A stretch of DNA of 64,000 bases from Ignavibacteriales bacterium (GTDB lineage: Bacteria; Bacteroidota; Ignavibacteria; UBA10030; SZUA-254): positions 136,874 to 200,873 of the forward strand of contig JACRFD010000038.1 in the NCBI GenBank assembly GCA_016218025.1, written 5' to 3'. The notes under the pieces are model-generated. The model worked only from the letters and a program-made list of their open reading frames with translations, was not told the DNA's origin and did not search any database. Shown here one piece after another: positions 18,838 to 27,984 of the stretch. The position numbers were made by a program, and so were the translations under genes. Each line of letters opens with the position of its first letter. The stretch's first letter is position 1.

Positions 18838-20685
18838 ATGCAGACACCATTTTTTAATAGTCTCCGTTTCAAGATCGGATTCGGATATATAGTTTTAGTT
18901 TTCATCAATGTTGCCGTAACGGCATGGGCTATATTTAATTTTGGAAGAATCACATTAGCTTTCAACTCAATTTTAAATGAAAATTATCCCCATGTTGTTG
19001 TCCTTGAACGGATGGCACATTTGGTTGCGCGGCATGAACACGGCTTAAGCATGATATTGAATGGTGAATATAATAACGGCTACTCGGAATTCAGTACAGC
19101 TAAAGAAGAATTTTATCAGATATTCGACAAAGCGAACGAAAGCAGATCAATACCTGATGCAGGAGCTATACTGGATGACATAAGATCGACTTATGAGGGA
19201 TATCTTACAGTCTCCGATACATTATTTTCGTTGGCTATCCGGAATCGCGACCTGAAAGCAAGATCATATTATGGGAATATCGTTCGTCCGTTTGCTCAAA
19301 GATTATCCGACAATGCTTTTTGGCTTATTGAAGAAAATCAGAAAGAAATGATGAGAATAGCCAAAGAGTCGAAGACGACATCCGACGAGGCTATCATTGC
19401 CGTTTTGTTTGCGGCGCTTGTTGCAGTGAGCTTAAGCATTTTAACCATGGTTCAATTTACAAAACGAATAATAGAGCCGGCAGAAAAATTAACAGAAACT
19501 GTCAATCAAATCGGAAGGGGTAGATTGGATTTGAAGACAGATATTTCAACAAAGGATGAGATAGGAGAACTTAGCCGTGAATTTAATAAAATGACCGAAC
19601 GGCTGAGAAAATTTGAAGCATTGAATATTGAAAAAATAATCTCTGAAAAACAGAAATCTGAAACAATTGTTGAAAGTATATCCGATGCCATAATTGTTTG
19701 TGATGAAATGTCCACTATACAACTGATGAATAATTCAGCCGAGATGCTTTTAAATCTTAAAGAAGATGAAGTTCATGGAAAGAAAATAGAGATGGTGATA
19801 ACAGATGAGCGGTTGTTGGAAATCTTCAAAACTCCAAAATCAGCCGCAGTATTAAACGCTCCGTATTTGCAATTCAAATATAATGGAAGGCAGGTGTTCT
19901 TGAGGCCGCGAGTTTCTGAAATATCGGGCGGAAAAAACGGCATGGTTTTAATTCTTCAAGACGTTACTCAATTTAAAGAATTGGATAAAATGAAATCCGA
20001 CTTCATGGCTGCCGTCTCTCACGAATTTAGAACTCCGCTTACTTCTATAAACATGAGCGTTGATATACTTCGTCAAAAATTGTTGGGTGAACTTTCCGAT
20101 AAACAGATGGAATTATTGGAATCATCAAAACAGGATTGTGACCGCCTGACTAAAATGGTGAAAGATCTGCTTCAACTTTCTAAATTAGAATCCGGTAAGT
20201 TGGAAGTAAAAGAAGAGTTCGTTGATATTGTCAACGCTATAGAAGCAGCTATGCAGCCGTTGCAACTTCCATTTAAAGAAAAAGGTGTTATTCTAAAATT
20301 AAATGTTTCTGAAAAAATACCTCAATTCATCGGAGACGAACAGCAGTTGATTTGGGTTATATCAAATCTTTTAAACAATGCTCTCCGATACACGAAAGCA
20401 GAAGGTAAGGTAGAAGTTTCTGTACTCAAAGCTGGAAATAATATACGCATAGATGTTGCCGACACGGGAAGAGGGATTCCACCTGAGTATATCGACAAGA
20501 TTTTCGATAAATTCGTCCAGGTCAAACAACAACTTGATTCAACTCCCGGTAGCGTGGGATTAGGATTAGCAATTGCGATGGAGATTGTGGAAATGTATGG
20601 TGGAAATATATCTGTGAAAAGTGAATTAGGTAAGGGAACAATTTTCACCATTTTATTGCCAATACCGGAGATTGAAAAAGCATGA
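18838..20685 (+). CDS. Sensor histidine kinase (periplasmic four-helix sensor-HAMP-PAS-HisKA-HATPase; KinB-like)
   Basis: Two TMs, DEIGELSREFN HAMP, SHEFRTPLT H-box, NALRY, DTGRGI and GLGL boxes. Confidence 0.92.
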   Translation: MQTPFFNSLRFKIGFGYIVLVFINVAVTAWAIFNFGRITLAFNSILNENYPHVVVLERMAHLVARHEHGLSMILNGEYNNGYSEFSTAKEEFYQIFDKANESRSIPDAGAILDDIRSTYEGYLTVSDTLFSLAIRNRDLKARSYYGNIVRPFAQRLSDNAFWLIEENQKEMMRIAKESKTTSDEAIIAVLFAALVAVSLSILTMVQFTKRIIEPAEKLTETVNQIGRGRLDLKTDISTKDEIGELSREFNKMTERLRKFEALNIEKIISEKQKSETIVESISDAIIVCDEMSTIQLMNNSAEMLLNLKEDEVHGKKIEMVITDERLLEIFKTPKSAAVLNAPYLQFKYNGRQVFLRPRVSEISGGKNGMVLILQDVTQFKELDKMKSDFMAAVSHEFRTPLTSINMSVDILRQKLLGELSDKQMELLESSKQDCDRLTKMVKDLLQLSKLESGKLEVKEEFVDIVNAIEAAMQPLQLPFKEKGVILKLNVSEKIPQFIGDEQQLIWVISNLLNNALRYTKAEGKVEVSVLKAGNNIRIDVADTGRGIPPEYIDKIFDKFVQVKQQLDSTPGSVGLGLAIAMEIVEMYGGNISVKSELGKGTIFTILLPIPEIEKA

Positions 20686-22013
20686 ATGAACGTGGTTATG
20701 TTTTAGTGGTTGACGATGAACCGAATATTTTAAAAACATTAAAAATCGGACTTGAAGCTATTGGGTTAAAAGTTGACGGTTTCCTAAATCCTTTAGAAGC
20801 AATTGAACAGTTGACGCCTTCGAAATATGATATCGCATTCATCGACCTTATGATGCAGCCGATTGATGGTATGCAAGTATTAAAAGAAATCAGGCAAAGA
20901 TCGCCATTTACAACATGCGTGATAATTACTGCCCACGGGTCAATAGACAGCGCCGTAGAAGCAATAAAATCGGGTGCCTTCGATTTTCTACAGAAACCAT
21001 TTGATCTTAAGGAAGTCCAGCTTTTTGCAGAGAAGGTGCTCGCACACCATCAGCTCCAATCTGAAGTTGCAAATCTTCGCAGGCAATTGAGTGAGAAATC
21101 ATCCGCTTCCAATATCATTACACGCAATCAAACGATGCAACAACAACTTGATCTTGCGAAACAAGTTGCAGATAGCTTGCTCACTGTTCTAATCGAAGGT
21201 GAAAGTGGAACAGGTAAAGAAATGGTTGCGCAGTATATACATAACCAAAGTTCCAGACACGGTAAAGCTTTTATTAAAGTCAATTGCGCCGCTCTTCCTG
21301 AAAATCTATTGGAGAGCGAATTGTTTGGTCATGTTAAAGGTGCCTTTACGGGTGCTATCAAAGACCGTGAGGGAAGATTTGAAGCTGCAAATGAAGGAAC
21401 AATATTTTTAGATGAAATTGCAGATATACCTCCATCTTCACAGGTAAAGTTATTGAGGTTTTTGCAGCATCGTGAATTTGAACGTGTAGGTGAAAATATA
21501 ACCCGCAAAGTTGATGTTCGTGTGATTACCGCTACTAATAGGCAGTTATCGGAATCTCTTAAGGTAGGAAGCTTTAGAGAGGATTTATATTATCGTATAA
21601 ATTCAGTAAAAATAAATTTACCTCCACTGAGAGAAAGATCTGAAGATATTATCCTTTTGATATATCATTTTATCAGTAAGTTCTCAAATAATAATTCAAT
21701 CGAAGTTTCATCGGAGGCGATGAAGATGCTGACTTCTTATTCATGGCCCGGCAACGTAAGGGAGTTGGAAAATATTATTGAGCGGGCTGTCCTGTTAACA
21801 AAACAAGGGAAGATAGAAGTGTCGCATTTACCATCCGAGTTGTTAAATCCTGAGGCGACCAAGGCAGGATTGCTATCCTTGGAAGCTTTAGAAAGATATC
21901 ATATTTCAAAAGTGTTAAAAGTTGTAAAAGACTTGGATGAGGCATCAAAAGTATTGGGTATTGACCCGGCAACTCTGTGGAGGAAAAGAAAGAAATTTGG
22001 ATTATCCGAATAA
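20682..22013 (+). CDS. sigma54-dependent response regulator (NtrC/AlgB-like bEBP)
   Basis: Receiver, GESGTGKE, GAFTGA, FLDEI, WPGNVREL and Fis-type HTH. Confidence 0.95.
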   Translation: MNERGYVLVVDDEPNILKTLKIGLEAIGLKVDGFLNPLEAIEQLTPSKYDIAFIDLMMQPIDGMQVLKEIRQRSPFTTCVIITAHGSIDSAVEAIKSGAFDFLQKPFDLKEVQLFAEKVLAHHQLQSEVANLRRQLSEKSSASNIITRNQTMQQQLDLAKQVADSLLTVLIEGESGTGKEMVAQYIHNQSSRHGKAFIKVNCAALPENLLESELFGHVKGAFTGAIKDREGRFEAANEGTIFLDEIADIPPSSQVKLLRFLQHREFERVGENITRKVDVRVITATNRQLSESLKVGSFREDLYYRINSVKINLPPLRERSEDIILLIYHFISKFSNNNSIEVSSEAMKMLTSYSWPGNVRELENIIERAVLLTKQGKIEVSHLPSELLNPEATKAGLLSLEALERYHISKVLKVVKDLDEASKVLGIDPATLWRKRKKFGLSE

Positions 22014-22017
22014 GATT

Positions 22018-22110
22018 TCTTGCAAATTGCAAGATGGAGAAATGCATTAAATATCAAATACTTATAAGAATATCCTAAAATTAACTTAGTTCTTATTGCA
22101 AATCGCAATA
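22018..22110. promoter_or_regulatory. Two palindromic candidate bEBP enhancer sites
   Basis: TCTTGCAAATTGCAAGA (22018-22034) and TATTGCAAATCGCAATA (22094-22110). Confidence 0.6.
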
Positions 22111-22167
22111 TCTCCGTTATTCAACTCAAAAAAAACTTCAATTACATAATTGATTTAACAAATCTGA

Positions 22168-22182
22168 TGGCATTTGATTTGT
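22168..22182 (+). promoter_or_regulatory. Candidate sigma54 (-24/-12) promoter
   Basis: TGGCAT-TTGAT-TTGT: correct spacing, GT instead of GC at -12. Confidence 0.55.
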
Positions 22183-22221
22183 TTCAAAATTAAGAAGATT
22201 AACTTAATAAGAAGACCATTA

Positions 22222-22578
22222 ATGACTATAAAATCAAGAACAATCCACGAAGGTAGAGTTGCAATAATCGATGTGAGGGGCGCATTGATTGGTGATCAGG
22301 ATACCGACAACTTCCGCAACGAGGTAATTGATTTTATCGAACAGGGGAATAAATCGCTGATAATAAATATGCAGCGCGTTAATTATATGAATAGCTCCGG
22401 TATCGGTGCCATCATATCAGCCCACACATCATATAAAAAAAATGGAGGGGAAGTTAAGTTAGCCGGTTTAACTGAAAATGTCGAAAATCTTTTAGCTATC
22501 ACGCGGCTTGTGGAAGTATTCGATGTTCACGAATCGCTCGATGGTGCGATAGAAAGTTTTTTTAAAAATAAATCATAA
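22222..22578 (+). CDS. STAS domain anti-sigma-factor antagonist (SpoIIAA/RsbV-like)
   Basis: VNYMNSSGIG conserved Ser motif, GGEVKL, LLAITRL. Confidence 0.88.
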   Translation: MTIKSRTIHEGRVAIIDVRGALIGDQDTDNFRNEVIDFIEQGNKSLIINMQRVNYMNSSGIGAIISAHTSYKKNGGEVKLAGLTENVENLLAITRLVEVFDVHESLDGAIESFFKNKS

Positions 22579-22621
22579 TTATCATTTAACTAATCATTAA
22601 CTTTATTTAGGAGTTATACTA

Positions 22622-23398
22622 ATGAAACAATCAACATTTGTATCGGTCGTAATATTCGTAGCGATCGCTGTGGGTTTTATCGTATGGTGGTTCGTGCTTG
22701 GTAATCCTGCGAACTTTTTCGATGGAGCCAATCGTATGAAACCAAACAACCTTATGGGAATGGTTTTCACCGGCGGTTACATTGTGCCGGCATTGATAGC
22801 CCTGTCGATAATGGTTATCACATTCATAATCGAACGTGTATTGTCGCTTCGTAAAGCACAGGGCAGAGGTGCCTTGGCAACATTCTTAAAAAACGTCCAG
22901 AAATCATTGTCCGAGGGCAATGTTGAAGCAGCATTGAAAGCATGCGACCAGCAACGCGGATCGATGGCGAACATACTGCGTGCAGGACTTGATCGTTATG
23001 TATCATTTGCAAAAGAAGGTAAATCGGTTGATGCAGAAAAGCAGATGGCTGAAGTTCAACGTGCTATCGAAGAAGCAACTGCTTTAGAAATGCCATTATT
23101 AGAAAAGAACCTCATTGCATTATCAACAATTGCATCTATTGCTACCATGTTAGGATTATTAGGAACGGTAGTAGGTATGATCCGTGCATTCCAAGCACTT
23201 GCAAAAACCGGCGCCCCCGATGCTATTCAATTATCAATAGGAATTTCTGAAGCACTTATTAATACAGCTTTAGGAATATTTGCAGCAATTATCGGTATAG
23301 TTGCTTACAACTTTTTCGTTAATAAAGTCGACAGCTTCACTTATATGATTGACGAAGCAAGTTTCGATATAATCCAGACACTGAAAGATAAAAGATAA
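22622..23398 (+). CDS. exbB: MotA/TolQ/ExbB proton channel family protein
   Basis: LSTIASIATMLGLLGTVVGMIRAF, GISEALINTALGI. Confidence 0.9.
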   Translation: MKQSTFVSVVIFVAIAVGFIVWWFVLGNPANFFDGANRMKPNNLMGMVFTGGYIVPALIALSIMVITFIIERVLSLRKAQGRGALATFLKNVQKSLSEGNVEAALKACDQQRGSMANILRAGLDRYVSFAKEGKSVDAEKQMAEVQRAIEEATALEMPLLEKNLIALSTIASIATMLGLLGTVVGMIRAFQALAKTGAPDAIQLSIGISEALINTALGIFAAIIGIVAYNFFVNKVDSFTYMIDEASFDIIQTLKDKR

Positions 23399-23415
23399 AT
23401 AGCGGAAGCTTAAGT

Positions 23416-23880
23416 ATGCCAAAAATAAAAAAACATAGACTCGGTGTTGCAATAGACAACACACCGTTGGTTGATGTTGGGTTTCTTTTGTTGACATTCT
23501 TTATGTTAACAACCCAATTTAAACCGCCGGAAGAAGTGCAGATTATTCTGCCCTCGTCGCATTCGGCATTTAAACTTCCCGACGCTAACGTAATGGCGAT
23601 CACTATCAGTAAAGATAACCGCCTGCTGCTCGGTTTTGATTCTCAGAACATGATGGCAAAATTATTCGGAGAAGAGAACAGACTTCGCATGGCGGTGGAA
23701 GTGACTACAAAAGAACTTCCGGATTTATTAGTTCGCGCCCGTATCGCAAATCCAAAATTGCGAACTGTGGTGAAAGGTGATAAAGATGCCGAATACGGAA
23801 TAACTGAGGATGTTATGGACATTCTTCAAAAAACACAAATAACGCGTTTTAATCTTGTAACCGATTTAGAAAACGATTAA
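23416..23880 (+). CDS. exbD: ExbD/TolR family protein
   Basis: IDNTPLVDVGFLLLTFFML. Confidence 0.9.
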   Translation: MPKIKKHRLGVAIDNTPLVDVGFLLLTFFMLTTQFKPPEEVQIILPSSHSAFKLPDANVMAITISKDNRLLLGFDSQNMMAKLFGEENRLRMAVEVTTKELPDLLVRARIANPKLRTVVKGDKDAEYGITEDVMDILQKTQITRFNLVTDLEND

Positions 23881-23892
23881 GGAAATTAATGT

Positions 23893-24390
23893 ATGGGTAT
23901 GGTCGACACTAGTGGCCCCAGGGGCCACGATCGGAAAAAAGGAAAGCGCAAGAAAAAACGCCGGATTGGTGTAAAGATCGATAATACACCTATGGTCGAC
24001 GTTGCATTCCTTTTGTTAACATTCTTCATGTTGACTACTACTATGAATAAACCACAAACAATGGAAATCAATCTTCCGCCAAGTAATGATGTGAACGTTG
24101 AAGTTGCTCAGAGTAATTTAATGACAATACGTGTGAAGGAAGATGGAACAATCTATTGGAATGTTGCCGTGGAAGACCCTCAAAAAGTTGCTTTTAAAGA
24201 TTTCAGAAAATTATTAGAGCAAAAGAATCAGGAAAATCCGCGATTGATCACTTTAATAAAGATCGATCGTAAAGGAAAATATTCAATGATGGTTGATATC
24301 ATGGATGAGTTAAACGTGGCTAATGTTACCCGTTTTAGCTTGGCGCCAATGCAAGACGCCGATAAACGAATTCTTGCAAAGTTAATGTGA
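23893..24390 (+). CDS. exbD: ExbD/TolR family protein (second paralog)
   Basis: IDNTPMVDVAFLLLTFFML. Confidence 0.9.
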   Translation: MGMVDTSGPRGHDRKKGKRKKKRRIGVKIDNTPMVDVAFLLLTFFMLTTTMNKPQTMEINLPPSNDVNVEVAQSNLMTIRVKEDGTIYWNVAVEDPQKVAFKDFRKLLEQKNQENPRLITLIKIDRKGKYSMMVDIMDELNVANVTRFSLAPMQDADKRILAKLM

Positions 24391-24406
24391 GGAAGGAGAA
24401 AAAGTT

Positions 24407-25129
24407 ATGACAGCACAAGCAATGGTTGCAAATATAAAGTCCGGTATGCAAGACTGGCGTAATTTATATAAACGTCATCTTGGTATTGCTCTTACAATTG
24501 CAATATCTTTTCACCTCCTTGCAATCGGTTCTTACTATCTTGCCGGATATCTCTCCGAAGAGGATGAGCCTGTTGTGATGGTGAGAATCACAAAATACAC
24601 TGATCTTGGACCGCCACCTTCAATGACCGAGGCAGAAATAGCTCCGGCTGTTGCGGTGAACGTTCCCGTTGCAAAACCGACTGTGGGTATTCCGGTTGCA
24701 GTTCCAGATGCTGAGGTTAGTCCTGAGCAGACAATTGCAACACAGCAGGAATTGTCTCAAATTCAAAGTCCGGTTGTTCAGCAACAAGATGACGGACAGG
24801 TTCAGATTGAACAGGATATCAATATTACAGATGAAGAACCACCCGATTTTGTCCCGGTTGAAAAACAACCTGTTCCGGTCAAACAAGTTCAGCCAGATTA
24901 TCCGGAAATAGCCCGGCGAGCCGGCGTTGAAGGAACAGTTTGGGTGAAGATACTCGTTGATAAAGAAGGCAAAGCAAAGAAAGCAGTTGTAATGAAAAGC
25001 GATGCCGAAATTTTCAATGAACCGGCTCAGAAAGCAGCAATGCAGTGGGTCTTCACTCCTGCAATGATGAATAACGGACCGGTTGCCGTTTGGGCAGCTG
25101 TTCCATTCAGATTCAAATTGAATAAATAA
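24407..25129 (+). CDS. tonB: Energy transducer TonB
   Basis: TM with SFHLL, Pro-rich linker, YPEIARRAGVEGTVWV TonB_C domain. Confidence 0.92.
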   Translation: MTAQAMVANIKSGMQDWRNLYKRHLGIALTIAISFHLLAIGSYYLAGYLSEEDEPVVMVRITKYTDLGPPPSMTEAEIAPAVAVNVPVAKPTVGIPVAVPDAEVSPEQTIATQQELSQIQSPVVQQQDDGQVQIEQDINITDEEPPDFVPVEKQPVPVKQVQPDYPEIARRAGVEGTVWVKILVDKEGKAKKAVVMKSDAEIFNEPAQKAAMQWVFTPAMMNNGPVAVWAAVPFRFKLNK

Positions 25130-25138
25130 TGATTATCC

Positions 25139-25351
25139 ATGAACGCATCACTTATTCTACGGATTGTTACTTATGTAACGGCAGGACTCATCCTGATTAT
25201 GGGAATAATAATTCTCACCGGATATTTACTGCCATCTCATATCTCAACAAACTTCAGAATTATGATGGGAATTATGATGATAGTTTATGGTACGTACCGT
25301 ATCACAATCATTACAGTAAAAAACCGTCGTAAAAATGAAACCGTTGAATAA
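25139..25351 (+). CDS. Small two-TM membrane protein
   Basis: 70 aa, two hydrophobic helices, in operon spacing between tonB and the PstS-like gene. Confidence 0.65.
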   Translation: MNASLILRIVTYVTAGLILIMGIIILTGYLLPSHISTNFRIMMGIMMIVYGTYRITIITVKNRRKNETVE

Positions 25352-26273
25352 ATATTTTTCATTAATCTTTGGATGGACACTTATTATTGTGTCCATCCAA
25401 GGTTGTTTACCGGAACGAACCGAGACTCCGACCAAAGGAAAAATTACTGTGGTTGCTGCAGAATCGGTACAACCGTTAATTCAAGAGGAGAAAGATAAGT
25501 TCGAAAGCATTTATCCCGATGCAGAGATCGAACTTTTATTTTCCTCATCCCGAGAAGCCATTACGCGTTTCTTTAATGATTCAATAAAAGTGATCGTTAC
25601 CTCCCGTGAAATGAATAACGAAGAACTTTCAGTTGCGAAAAAATATAATATTGATCTTCAGGAATTTAAAATCGCCGTTGATGCAGTTGCATTTCTAGTG
25701 AATGCAGATAATCCGGTAAACCAGCTTCGTACAACCCAGCTTGACAGCATTTACAGTGGTTTGATTACGAACTGGAATCAGGTCGGGGGAAAAAATGTTC
25801 CAATTGATGTATTTCTCCCTGATCAAAATTCGGGGAATATAGAAGTTATCCGGACAACAATCTTAAAGTACAAAAAATTTCAGGCACCGGCTAATATAAT
25901 AAAATCGTCTGAGGAAATGCTAAAGGTTGCATCGAGCCATCCGAACGCTTTAAGCGTTGTCGGTTTGAATTGGCTCAGCCAGAAAAAAGATAACGTAACA
26001 GTTTTAAAATTATCTGATCCTGATGCACCCGATTCTTTAGGAATCAAGGGTCAGTATTTTGCACCACTCCAAGCACATGTTTATCGAAATTATTATCCTG
26101 TGACACGAAAAGTATTCATCTATGCACGCATAGATATGTACAGCGTGGGTTCAGGATTTATATCATTCATCACAAGCGCACCGGGGCAGCAACTCGTTGT
26201 TTATAATGGGTTGGTTCCTGCCACGATGCCTATTCGTCTTGTTGAACTATCAAATAAAGGATTACAACCGTGA
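25335..26273 (+). CDS. PstS-like substrate-binding lipoprotein (PBP superfamily)
   Basis: IQGC lipobox, IAVDAVAFLVN, NWNQVGG, YPVTRKVFIY, FITSAPGQ. Confidence 0.82.
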   Translation: MKPLNKYFSLIFGWTLIIVSIQGCLPERTETPTKGKITVVAAESVQPLIQEEKDKFESIYPDAEIELLFSSSREAITRFFNDSIKVIVTSREMNNEELSVAKKYNIDLQEFKIAVDAVAFLVNADNPVNQLRTTQLDSIYSGLITNWNQVGGKNVPIDVFLPDQNSGNIEVIRTTILKYKKFQAPANIIKSSEEMLKVASSHPNALSVVGLNWLSQKKDNVTVLKLSDPDAPDSLGIKGQYFAPLQAHVYRNYYPVTRKVFIYARIDMYSVGSGFISFITSAPGQQLVVYNGLVPATMPIRLVELSNKGLQP

Positions 26274-27775
26274 AAAAGCGCATCATGAGTTCGCTGCTCG
26301 CAATCGTCCTTCTTACAGGATATTCTATAAATCTCTTTGCTGATGATCCATTGAAGGAAGGTATCGCATTTTTTGAAAAAGGCGATTATCAATCGGCAGT
26401 CGTTTCATTCAGAGAAGCGGTGAAGGAAGACAAAAAAAATCCTCAGGCATATATTTGGCTTGGAAGAACATATCAACACTTTGCCGATTCATTAAATAAT
26501 GCTGAAACGGCATTTATTCAAGCAAGAGAATTGGATTCTAAAAATTGGATGATCTTTGATTACTTGGGTGATGTCTACGTTGCCCAAAAAGTTGCCGCCG
26601 CCGCTCTAGAACAATACAGAAAAGCGATAGAGATCGATAAAAAGAATGCTAAAATTTTTATGAAGATCGCCGAAGTTAGCCGGAAAGCACGCCAATATAA
26701 AGAGGCAGCAGAAGCATACATCAGTGTACTTTTGATTGATTCCACAAACCTCAGTGCGAAGAAAGAGCTTGCTAATATATATTTCCGTGCTAAACAATAT
26801 ACTAATGCTTTACCACTCCTCATAGATCTTGTAAAATTGCAGCCGGGTGAAATTTCATATCAAAAAGATTTGGTAAAATGTTTGTATGAAACAAAGTACT
26901 TTACAGATTTGATTCCATTAGCAGAAAAAATAAGACTCACAGATTCAACGAATGTTGATCTAAACAATATGCTGAGGGATGCATATATAGAAACGAAGAA
27001 ATATGATAAAGCTTATCAATTCATAGTTGCACAGAATCCCGACTCAATGTCGATTGATGAACTTGTGAAAGCCGGTAAATCTCTTGCCGCACTTAAGATG
27101 GGTGACGATGCGATAAAGATGTATGAAAGGGCATACCAAAAAGATTCAACTTTATCCGAAATCTTTTACGACATGGCTAAATTATATAACGAGAAAGAAC
27201 GTTATGCCGATGCAATTCTGATGTTCGATAAAAAGATAGCGGCAGATTCTTCAGTGGGTTACAGGTGGGCTTGCTATTTCCAGGGTGCACAATCTCTTGC
27301 GAAATTAAAAGAATTCAAGAGAGCAAAAGAATATATTTCAAAGAGTATCGAATATAAGCCTGAATATATAGAAGCATGGCCGCTTCTTGCACAATACAAC
27401 GAAGCAATTGGAAATGCTGCTGAGCAAGAATCAGCCTATAAAAAAGTCATCGAACTGATAAATAAAGCAGATACCGCCTCGAACGGAAATTCCGCTAGAT
27501 TGAAAACTCTTTTGGATAATACTTATAGGATGTATGCGTTTCTATTGTTTAATCAAAAAAGAACAACCGAAGCAATCGAGTATTACAAAAAAGCTTTTGC
27601 AATAAATCCAAAAGATTGCAAACTCGCGTTGACAATCGGACAAATATATCATCGGGATAAGAAAGAATTAGATGCCCAGCAATATTATTGCAAAGTTATC
27701 CAGCTTTGCCCGAAATCGGAGGATGCCAAAAATGCACAAAATTACTTAAAAATGATGGGGTTGGATTGTAAATAA
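26270..27775 (+). CDS. Exported tetratricopeptide repeat protein
   Basis: Signal peptide and many TPR-like helical repeats; GTG start overlaps the upstream stop. Confidence 0.88.
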   Translation: MKKRIMSSLLAIVLLTGYSINLFADDPLKEGIAFFEKGDYQSAVVSFREAVKEDKKNPQAYIWLGRTYQHFADSLNNAETAFIQARELDSKNWMIFDYLGDVYVAQKVAAAALEQYRKAIEIDKKNAKIFMKIAEVSRKARQYKEAAEAYISVLLIDSTNLSAKKELANIYFRAKQYTNALPLLIDLVKLQPGEISYQKDLVKCLYETKYFTDLIPLAEKIRLTDSTNVDLNNMLRDAYIETKKYDKAYQFIVAQNPDSMSIDELVKAGKSLAALKMGDDAIKMYERAYQKDSTLSEIFYDMAKLYNEKERYADAILMFDKKIAADSSVGYRWACYFQGAQSLAKLKEFKRAKEYISKSIEYKPEYIEAWPLLAQYNEAIGNAAEQESAYKKVIELINKADTASNGNSARLKTLLDNTYRMYAFLLFNQKRTTEAIEYYKKAFAINPKDCKLALTIGQIYHRDKKELDAQQYYCKVIQLCPKSEDAKNAQNYLKMMGLDCK

Positions 27776-27845
27776 ACATATTCAAAAAAACACTCGACTT
27801 TTAAATCTTTTTTTTGTAAATTAAAACCCTTCCAAGTATGTATTC

Positions 27846-27878
27846 CCACCCTCGATTAAACCGAGGGTGGTTTGTTTT
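27846..27878 (+). terminator. Rho-independent terminator
   Basis: CCACCCTCG-ATTAAAC-CGAGGGTGG then TTTGTTTT. Confidence 0.75.
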
Positions 27879-27984
27879 AGCTAGTATCAATAATGTCTAA
27901 GTTTGAACTATTTTTATATGTTCTGATGTTCAATTAATCGGATAATCACAACTATCATTAAAAAATAAAAGGTAACCGTTTCGC

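Noticed and set aside
615..22221. ORF-track starts at 615, 7775, 8927, 14872, 16503 and 22174
   Set aside because: Downstream ATGs fit RBS position, gene overlaps and family N-termini better.
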